A stretch of 63,899 bases of DNA, counting the filler, from Octopus bimaculoides (lineage: Eukaryota): NCBI RefSeq assembly GCF_001194135.2. It is 4 parts of 3 records of this genome, joined end to end, with 100 filler letters (N's around TTAATTAATTAA, not from the genome) between each part and the next. Parts side by side here need not be neighbours in the genome. Positions count along the whole stretch, not along the records: positions 11,340 to 43,334 come from NC_069000.1; positions 43,435 to 62,490 come from NC_069000.1; 2 more parts are not named here. The stretch is one strand, 5' to 3'. Each line of letters opens with the position of its first letter. Position 1 is the stretch's first letter. The position numbers and the translations under genes were made by a program. Shown in pieces: positions 39,775 through 48,910 of this stretch. A model generated the notes under the pieces. That model did no database searches and had not been told where the DNA came from. It saw nothing but the letters and a program-made list of their open reading frames with translations.

Positions 39775-40091
39775 ATCTTGATATGGCAGAGAGCTGTTGA
39801 GAATAGGTAAAGCAACAATTTAGTTTTAAATGAGAAAAGAGAAAATCAGTTTCAGGCACTCACATGGCCGCGTGGATAAACAGCTTGCCTTGCAAGCATG
39901 TGATTTTGGATTCAGTCTCAATGCACAGTACCTTTGGCAAGTGTCTTCTATAGCCCCGAGTCAACAAATGCCTTGGTGAGTGAACTTGGTAGATGGAAAC
40001 TGGAAGCCCATTTGTGTGAGCACTGAAACTGATTAATGTTGGTAAAGAATAAAAACCGGAGAGAGAGAGAGACTGAAATTATTTTTATTTC

Positions 40092-40243
40092 AGGTAATTT
40101 TTCAGATCAACACCAACACGTTCTTCACTAGGGTGTTAGGGTTACAGTTTTAGGGTCAGGGTTACGGTTAGGGATGGAACTCCCTAACCCAAACCGTAAC
40201 CCCCTAGTGAAGATCGTGCGGGTGTTAATCTGAAAAATAACCT
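40092..40243. mobile_element. Fold-back MITE with telomere-like core
   Basis: 42-nt arms (40092-40133 and 40202-40243) match at 37/42 positions. The interior has degenerate TTAGGG/GGGTTA and AACCC units. Confidence 0.75.
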
Positions 40244-41354
40244 TATTTCCTTTTTATAGTGAGTATGTGAGACAGAAAGTGTGGTGAAGTTCTTTTGTTA
40301 GTGTGAGAGACAGGTTATGTATGTACACTTTTTACGGAAAAGGCCGATGTGATGTAAATAAACACGGGTGGGTGCTTTGGTACTGGTTATCGTAAGATCG
40401 CCTCAAAGATCTATTGCTATCACTAAACAAGTAACATCAGCTCGTCTAAGAAAGTGAGAAACAGCAGATACACGAATTCAAGATCAAATTTGAAGGGAGA
40501 AAGTCTATGAAGTGTTAAAAAAGTTCGAGCGATGAATAGTAAACAAAGGAGGCAATAGCAAAATTCTGGCATCCAACCCCCAACCCCAAGGAAACCGCCG
40601 GTTGTTCCTCAAATTATATTTTATAATCTTAAAACACTGTAGTCAGAGATAAACTTAACATGTAGTGGTCACCGTTCCATCAAGTCGGTTACCATATTCT
40701 TAAACAGGTATATTACACTTTTTTTTTAAAGCAAAACCAAGCCACTGGTTTTAAAATGCTTAGTTTACTTCCGTCACATGTCTGTGAGCGTGAAATAAAA
40801 GAATAAAGGCCACAACTTCAGAAAGTTTTAACAAGGAAAGAAAAAACTGGGTACACAAAAGAAAGCATGGAGTTTATCTTTTCCGATCCCATTTTGTTCA
40901 TTCACAGCCGATATTTCACTTTACTCCGTAGCTACTAAGTATCAAGTTTCGAATGAAATACGTTCTTGTATGGTTATTTATTTGAGCTTAAACAATATTA
41001 AAGTGCTTTGAAGGATAGAAAAAAAAGTTTTCTGGACAGTTCATGCTGAAACATTAGGCTTTTCCTCCAAGCAAACCCCTGACGAGGCCCATTGTATACA
41101 TCACAGAAATGAAAAACAAAACTGAAGAGTTCTTTTGACAATTTAAATATGAACCCAATGTTTAGCGTTATATATCGTCGCTAGGGAAGTTTTGAAGCTA
41201 GTGTCCAAGTAGGACAACTGGTTGCTCTCAATACCAACGGACCAGATAAGCAGGAAAGAATGCAAAGGGCATTTCAGGAAGTCCTATGTAGTTAAAGGAG
41301 CGACAAAACGATACATGTTGGTAGAGACAACTTAAGCTAAACCAAAAACTTTTG

Positions 41355-41452
41355 GGCGAAGGTAAAGAATACGCACACCACCCGTAAATGGAGTTTAGGC
41401 TTACGCCGAAAACTGGTGGTGTGCGTATTCTTTACCTCCGCCGTACTTTGGT
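41355..41452. repeat. Inverted repeat / hairpin
   Basis: Perfect 22-bp arms GGTAAAGAATACGCACACCACC (41361-41382) and its complement (41425-41446), extendable to 28 bp with one mismatch. The 42-nt loop has an inner CGTAA/TTACG stem. Confidence 0.9.
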
Positions 41453-41493
41453 AAATCTATGCTAGGCTAGAACATCACAAATATACGGTTTAA

Positions 41494-41649
41494 CCCTTTA
41501 GCATTCATGATTTTGCTCGGTGATATTACGCGGTGTTTGCTTATTTTTAGAATAACATTAAAGCATAGGTGTGAGAGGCGGGACTTAATCGATTTGAACA
41601 TAAGACAGAATATTTTTGGTCGGATATTGCCGGTGTAAATGCTAAAGAG
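41494..41649. mobile_element. piggyBac-type MITE
   Basis: TTAA|CCCTTTAGCATT ... AATGCTAAAGAG|TTAA: TTAA target duplication and CCC-starting TIRs (11/12 match). Confidence 0.9.
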
Positions 41650-41826
41650 TTAAGAGAAATGTAATAGATTATCTATGACCACAATTCGTTCTTATTTTAC
41701 CGACGACAAAACATTGGAAAAAAAAAAAAAAAGTCAAATTGAACGAGCCTTTAACATCGACTGGAGATATATATTCTGTTGTGTCTGAGGGGGGGGGGAG
41801 TCATTTTCTTTTTGTGCCTAACACAC

Positions 41827-41890
41827 TCACCGGTAAAATTTCCACTTATTCCTGATAAAAATAAGGAATAGGTGGAAATTTTACCGGTGA
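41827..41890. repeat. 64-nt near-perfect hairpin (probably a collapsed palindromic MITE)
   Basis: 27-bp arms TCACCGGTAAAATTTCCACTTATTCCT and AGGAATAGGTGGAAATTTTACCGGTGA, one mismatch, 10-nt loop. Confidence 0.9.
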
Positions 41891-42091
41891 TTGTATTAAA
41901 TTATAATCTCCAGACACAACAGAATATGCTTCAACACACGAACTCACGTAAACAATCTTGTAAACCAAATTCCAAAATATATATTATATATATAAATATA
42001 GGGAAACAAAGCAGTAAGCAGTTTATATTTGCGATACTTGTTCAATTTCTTAGTTGAAAGATATAGCTTTCAGATAAAACTCTGTACTTAC

Positions 42092-42200
42092 CATTCAATA
42101 CGTATGGCAATGTCAGATATTGTCAGAACAAAAAAGACGCGGACCGTTGACTATTCTTCTTCTCCTTGTTCATTCCAGCCACGGAACCATAACCGAGAAA
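42092..42200 (-). other. Probable non-coding first exon of the RPP25-like gene
   Basis: Coding exon 1 starts at an acceptor, so an upstream exon is required. A full-consensus donor ATG|GTAAGT lies at 42092/42091, downstream of a locally GC/CpG-richer stretch. The 5' boundary is a guess. Confidence 0.5.
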
Positions 42201-42233
42201 CACGTGGAAGAGACAGAGGAAGTGGCTTTTATA
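42201..42233 (-). promoter_or_regulatory. Candidate core promoter of the RPP25-like gene
   Basis: Minus-strand TATAAAA at 42233-42227, ETS-type GGAAGTG at 42218-42224 and CACGTG at 42201-42206, just 5' of the inferred first exon. Motif match only. Confidence 0.35.
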
Positions 42234-42669
42234 AAGGTAGATAACTCCCATTACACACAAATATATATACACGCACGGGCACTTGGTAGTTTACTAATTC
42301 ATTCTTAAATGTGTTTTAATCAGCAATTTATAATGCAATTAGAGGTGTACAAAAAAAAAAAAAGGAGGGAGGGAGATATTAATTAAATAAATTTACTACG
42401 AAAATATTTTTACACATGCAAAATAGGAAAAAAAAATACGAGATTAATTATAATTAACAAACACTCTCAGTCAGTCGAATCCACAGACCAGGTTCGATTC
42501 TTGGTTGCAGCTATTTCGTTTCATTTCGTTTATGTCTTGTTAATAGAAATATTACAGTAAAGCTCGCAAGTTTTTAAAAATTTTATATTCATTGTAAAAA
42601 TGCGTGTTTTTGTTTTATTGTTTTGAAAGATCCAGTCGACTAGTTAGTAAGGTGTTGTTTTCAAGAGTT

Positions 42670-43334
42670 CGCAGTCAATTGTATTCACTCCACCGCTGAA
42701 CAAGACTATTTAGTCGAACCCGATCGAAGAATAAGTTAGCTTAGAGTGAAGGGACGTAGCTCGAGTGGAACTTACCAAAGTAAGGTTTATTTGGTTATAT
42801 ATTGTAAAACAGCCGTTATTGTGGTATGACGTCAGTGTCTGGGGAGGCTGACCGGAAGGGGAAACAGGGCAGAGGGAGCCTCGATCGGCGTTCGTGCCCT
42901 TTTCGAACGGGGCTGCGGTCAGGACAAGACGTGTTAAGCGACGGTCTAGGTTTGGGAAGGTTTGGGAGAAGCAGCTGCTATACCTGGTGTACCTTGGGTC
43001 GGGGCAAGCTTCAAGGATCGGATACCGCAAGACGGACTCGCAGTCGAGGAAAGGAAAACCGAGGTAAGGCGATTACATCTCGTACGCACACGCCACAAAC
43101 TATTTCGGCGCCACATGCAGAAATTCGCCGCGATGGCAGCCACCAAGATTAGGATCGCCAGTAATGTGATCAGGTCTTTTAATGGCGAAGGAGATGTGAT
43201 GGCTTGGATACGAAAAATTAGGCTCGTTGCCAAGCTGCAAGGAATAAGTGATGTGGCGAGTCTCATGGCTCTGTACTTGGAAGGGAGCGCCCTGACCCTC
43301 TACCTAGAAATGGACGAGGAGATTAAGTGCAGAG
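42670..43334 (+). mobile_element. Ty3/gypsy LTR retrotransposon 5' part (leader and start of gag), cut by a scaffold gap
   Basis: GC-rich leader, then ATG at 43133: MAATKIRIASNVIRSFNGEGDVMAWIRKIRLVAKLQGISDVASLMALYLEGSALTLYLEMDEE, a gypsy gag N-terminal pattern. The frame is open up to the gap. LTR edges and PBS could not be defined. Confidence 0.8.
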
Positions 43335-43434
43335 NNNNNNNNNNNNNNNNNNNNNNNNNNNNNNNNNNNNNNNNNNNNTTAATTAATTAANNNNNNNNNN
43401 NNNNNNNNNNNNNNNNNNNNNNNNNNNNNNNNNN
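43335..43434. other. Artificial scaffold-join spacer
   Basis: N44-TTAATTAATTAA-N44. Confidence 0.95.
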
Positions 43435-43465
43435 CTTCTTCTTCTTCTTCTTCTTCTTTTCCTAC

Positions 43466-43505
<40 letters not shown>

Positions 43506-44222
43506 TTAACAAACGCAGTGTGTTGTTGGAGGCGTCATTAATGTACAGTTTGTTCACTCCCCGTGAACTAAGGTGTTGCGTTCTTTTCAAGTCTCGAGGA
43601 ACTTTGCGGTGACTCCTTGTATAGCAATAACGAAGAATCATAAATCGGAAAAAAACCCCATTTCAACTCACGTAACGATATATAAAACTTGCATTATAGC
43701 CAATAAAATTTAAAATTCAATTAAGCAGTAATTTGCCGGGCAACCTCATATCACAAGAATTTTAATGCACACAATGAGAATATAATTTATTTTTGCCTTG
43801 ACAACTTCACTTCTCTTATCGCAGGCTACGAAGAAAACCAAACATACACGTAAAAAAATTGCACCCAAGACACTCAATTCAAACTACCTGCCTTTCCAAG
43901 GCAGTGGAGTATTTGGCAACTTCACTCAATGTGATGCTATAATGATGAACGGCACAAGATTAACAATGAAGGGAAAGTTTATTCAGGATTTTGACTCCGT
44001 AAGGCATAGGATTAAGAAGAAAACAAAAGCATATAGGTGCAAGCGTGGCTGTGTAGTAAAAAGCTTGCTTCCCAAAACACATGATTCCTGGTTCAATTTG
44101 CGTGTAATCTTGGGTGTCTTGTACTATAGCCTCGGTACAATTCATTCTTAGCAGCTGAGCGGACTGGAGCAACGTGAAATAAAGTGTTTTGCTCAAGTGT
44201 ACAACGCCCCGCCGGGAATCTA

Positions 44223-44453
44223 CAGTCGTGGCCAAAAGTTTAGAATATAAATCTGAAAATTAGAATTTTTATATTAAATGCTTAAAGTTATATATTGTTA
44301 ATTATTTGGCCAAAAGCTTGGAACAGTGGTCTGAAAATTAGGATTTTTATATTAAATGCCCAAATATAAACGTTGTATATATTTGAATCGAATTCTACTT
44401 GAGCATAACAATTTTAATTTTAAAAAAATGTTCCGAACTTTTGGCCACGACTG
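44223..44453. mobile_element. Tc1-family MITE
   Basis: TA|CAGTCGTGGCCAAAAGTT ... AACTTTTGGCCACGACTG|TA: perfect 18-bp TIRs with TA duplication. An internal direct repeat covers GGCCAAAAG...TCTGAAAATTAG.ATTTTTATATTAAATGC. Confidence 0.95.
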
Positions 44454-44739
44454 TAACCTTATGATCATGAGGCGAATACCCATAACCACTAGGCTATGCG
44501 CCTTCATAAGCACACACACACATACACACACATACACATACACATACGCATGCGGTTACACATATGTATGCAATGCAAGTGTATGTGTGTGCATGAATGT
44601 GTGCGTATGTGTGTGTATGCATGTGCATGTATGTGTCTCTGTGTGTGTGTGTGTGTGTTTCTTCCTACTTTACACACTATTATCTCTTCCTATGTTTTGT
44701 TTACAAAATTCAGCCCTTCTGGAACCCATTTTACTGTAT

Positions 44740-44860
44740 TCATCCCCGTAACTTCAAACTGACTGAGAGAGCTACAGCTTTCATTGACAACATTTCTTTA
44801 TATTTCTTGAAAAATTCCATAACGTATTTTCTTTGACGCTCAGCCAATTCCCTTATTAAC
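44740..44860 (-). CDS. Candidate exon of an unrecognised gene
   Basis: cacacttcccag|G+LIRELAERQRKYVMEFFKKYKEMLSMKAVALSVSLKLRG-TGA. Phase-compatible with both forms of the 47.4-kb exon. Confidence 0.3.
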
Positions 44861-46474
44861 CTGGGAAGTGTGACCAACCCATCGTTTTTCTTCAAACACT
44901 AAGCTCAATTAATTCATGTATTTATTTTTTAAGGCTACAGGCTGCAATTCAAGAGACATTTAGCTGCTATTTCTAATAAGTTAAGCGATCACATCTCGGA
45001 GCACTTATTGGTCCGACCTAGTATAAATACGCATATGTGTGTCCAGTTCATCTATCNNNNNNNNNNNNNNNNNNNNNNNNNNNNNNNNNNNNNNNNNNNN
45101 NNNNNNNNNNNNNNNNNNNNNNNNNNNNNNNNNNNNNNNNNNNNNNNNNNNNNNNNNNNNNNNNNNNNNNNNNNNNNNNNNNNNNNNNNNNNNNNNNNNN
45201 NNNNNNNNNNNNNNNNNNNNNNNNNNNNNNNNNNNNNNNNNNNNNNNNNNNNNNNNNNNNNNNNNNNNNNNNNNNNNNNNNNNNNNNNNNNNNNNNNNNN
45301 NNNNNNNNNNNNNNNNNNNNNNNNNNNNNNNNNNNNNNNNNNNNNNNNNNNNNNNNNNNNNNNNNNNNNNNNNNNNNNNNNNNNNNNNNNNNNNNNNNNN
45401 NNNNNNNNNNNNNNNNNNNNNNNNNNNNNNNNNNNNNNNNNNNNNNNNNNNNNNNNNNNNNNNNNNNNNNNNNNNNNNNNNNNNNNNNNNNNNNNNNNNN
45501 NNNNNNNNNNNNNNNNNNNNNNNNNNNNNNNNNNNNNNNNNNNNNNNNNNNNNNNNNNNNNNNNNNNNNNNNNNNNNNNNNNNNNNNNNNNNNNNNNNNN
45601 NNNNNNNNNNNNNNNNNNNNNNNNNNNNNNNNNNNNNNNNNNNNNNNNNNNNNNNNNNNNNNNNNNNNNNNNNNNNNNNNNNNNNNNNNNNNNNNNNNNN
45701 NNNNNNNNNNNNNNNNNNNNNNNNNNNNNNNNNNNNNNNNNNNNNNNNNNNNNNNNNNNNNNNNNNNNNNNNNNNNNNNNNNNNNNNNNNNNNNNNNNNN
45801 NNNNNNNNNNNNNNNNNNNNNNNGGGGGGAAAGAGAGAAAGAAAGAGAAATGATAAAGAGAGACTCACAACTGAGAGTGTGAATTTATTTTTAGCTTTTA
45901 TTATATGTTTCTACCTTCTATCATATTTTAATCAAAATTTTAAATTATTCTCTTTTTCCTTCATTGTCTTAGTTTCCATTCAAAATATTTCGTATATGCA
46001 CCGTCTCAGTTAATGGACGGAAAATAACGGATGATCCGTGTTTCAGGTTCGATATCCACGTCTTTGCCAGTTCGCTTCTTTTAAACCGCGAATCTCCTTT
46101 TCAATGATATGATCATCGCACACATTCTCTCTTTCTATTTGAATCCTTTTATAATCCTTTTTTTTCTCGCTATTTCTTCGAAGTAATTTACTAATCCGCA
46201 CATTCATATTGATTTTAAATTTTGACACGAGGCCAGCAACATCGGGACGAAGGTTGGAGCTGGGTAAGTCGATTACATTGATCCCGGCACTCAACTGGCA
46301 CTTGATTTTATCGACCCCGAAACGATGAAAGGCAAAGTCGACCTTGGCGGAATTTGAACTCAGAACGTAAAGACGGACGAAATGCCGCGAAGCATTTCGT
46401 ACGGCGACTTAAGATTCTACCAGCTCACCGCCTTACTCCACATATTAGTATTACTGTCTGTCTCATATATGTGA

Positions 46475-46740
46475 AGACTCGTCCCTAGTGGTTATGCTGT
46501 TGCCCTTATGATAAGAAGATCTGTCGTGGTTTCGATTTCCGGACTAAGCGGTGAGTTGTGTTCTTGAGAAAACACTCTGTATTCCGTGGTTTGGTTCATT
46601 CAGCTGTAAATGAGAAACCCAGCCAGGAATTGTCATCCCATTCAGGTAGAATGTTATAATCTTGGTCACTTATACGTTATGGTAACTGGACTCAATGCCG
46701 TAATGTCCGAGGGCATAAAGCTAATCGATATATGGCCTTC
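46475..46740 (+). mobile_element. Old tRNA-derived SINE copy
   Basis: CCTAGTGGTTA (A box), GGTTTCGATTTCC (B box), GTGTTCTTGAGAAAACACT and CAGCTGTAAATG body. Confidence 0.6.
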
Positions 46741-47330
46741 AACTAAAGTCAAAAATATATAAAAACACAATATAATATTATACTTGGGGACGGTCATTTT
46801 TTGCCAATGGAACACACGCACTATTTATTTGATTTTCACTTTAGTTATTATTCGTATTATTTTTAGTTTACACGTCTGTAAAAGTTCTTTCGTCACACAT
46901 TCTGTGGCCTCATCAGTGATACTCGGTCCCGTGTGACAGATGTATAATCTAAAAAAAAAAAATTATTTTATTTGTTTCAGTCATTTGACTGCGGCCATGC
47001 TGGAGCACCACCTCTAGTCGAGCAAATCGACCCCAGGACTTATTCTTTGTAAGCCTAGTACTTATTGTATCGGTCTCTCTTGCCGAACCGCTCAGTTACG
47101 GGGATGTAAATACACCAACATCGGCTGTCAAGTGATGGTGGGGGACAAACATAGACACACATAAATACACACACACACAAATACACACACACACACATCC
47201 ACCTCCCACCACACATATTGGAAGTACAAATCTACTTTCACTTTTGCCATCCCCGTTACGGAAATGTAGACACATCGACACTGGTTGTCAAGCGGTTGTA
47301 GGGGACAGATGCAAAGGCTCAAACGCATAC

Positions 47331-47435
47331 ATTTGTGCACGCGCGAGCACCGGTCTTTTTTCGATTTCCGTCAACCTCTTCCACTCGCCGATGCTGTAGT
47401 TGAACATACCTGCCCAATGTACCACACAACCTCGC
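47331..47435 (-). CDS. Candidate internal exon of an unrecognised gene
   Basis: Long T tract then atttctag|, reading RGCVVHWAGMFNYSIGEWKRLTEIEKRPVLARAQ, with donor AT|gtatgc. An alternative internal donor CAG|gtatgt would give a 26-nt exon (47410-47435). Confidence 0.3.
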
Positions 47436-48874
47436 CTAGAAATATATATTTAAAAAAAAAAACCCAGAATCAGAATGACTTTTCTGATGATTTCCTTCCC
47501 CACTTTAATTATTAGATGTTTACAACACATTAGATATTAGCAAATCGTATCGTGACTCCGTTACGTGACTCTGTGATCAGCGATTGTTTCATTAAAAAAA
47601 AAAGGGGGTCGCTGAATAGGGATCGATTTTCTTGCTTAGAATCAATTTTCAAACAATTGTTTTATTAGTGTCAGATTTCCTTTAATACAATATTGTTTTC
47701 TAAGGCGGTAGGTTGGCAGNNNNNNNNNNNNNNNNNNNNNNNNNNNNNNNNNNNNNNNNNNNNNNNNNNNNNNNNNNNNNNNNNNNNNNNNNNNNNNNNN
47801 NNNNNNNNNNNNNNNNNNNNNNNNNNNNNNNNNNNNNNNNNNNNNNNNNNNNNNNNNNNNNNNNNNNNNNNNNNNNNNNNNNNNNNNNNNNNNNNNNNNN
47901 NNNNNNNNNNNNNNNNNNNNNNNNNNNNNNNNNNNNNNNNNNNNNNNNNNNNNNNNNNNNNNNNNNNNNNNNNNNNNNNNNNNNNNNNNNNNNNNNNNNN
48001 NNNNNNNNNNNNNNNNNNNNNNNNNNNNNNNNNNNNNNNNNNNNNNNNNNNNNNNNNNNNNNNNNNNNNNNNNNNNNNNNNNNNNNNNNNNNNNNNNNNN
48101 NNNNNNNNNNNNNNNNNNNNNNNNNNNNNNNNNNNNNNNNNNNNNNNNNNNNNNNNAAATGCTTAGCGGTATTTCGTCTGCCGCTACGTTCTAAGTTCAA
48201 ATTCTGCCGAGGTCGATTTTGCCTTTCATCCTTTCGGGGTCGATTGAATAAGTGCCAGTTACGCACTGGGGTCGATATAATCGACTTAATCCGTTTGTCT
48301 GTCCTTGTTTGTCCCCTCTGTGTGTAGCCCCTTGTGGGTAGTAAAGAAATAACACATATATTTAAAAATGGATTGCAATAGGTCAAAGTAAAAATCTAAG
48401 AGTGCTTTTTTTCTGATGGTCCTGAGGTCATCAAAACTGAGGTCACGATGCTATTCATATTTCGTTTGAAGTAAAAGCACGCACACACAGAGATCAAAAT
48501 ACCCATACATATACATGAACTTAACACACACACACATACACACACACACACACACACAGAGAAACACACATAGAAACACTCTCTCATATAGCACATAATC
48601 AGAAAAGAAAGAAGAGTAGGAGGGAGGTAGCATGAAGAGGAGGAGAAAGATACAGATGCACAGCTCATACGTACACTCATACACACATACGGAAAATCAA
48701 ATGCTTATATATATATATATATGTATACCCATACCATACATATATGCTCACACATATTTACATACATATATATACATATATACATACACTATACGCATAC
48801 ATATACATATATATACGTATACGTACATATATATGTGTGTATATACACATACACACATAAATATACATTTACAG

Positions 48875-48910
<36 letters not shown>

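Noticed and set aside
40134-40201. Interstitial telomere
   Set aside because: Only a few degenerate units, in both orientations, inside inverted arms; part of a fold-back element.
42120-42308. Signal-peptide-like ORF MSEQKRRGPLTILLLLVHSSHG
   Set aside because: Starts at TTG with no in-frame ATG after the upstream stop, and is antisense to the inferred RPP25 first exon.
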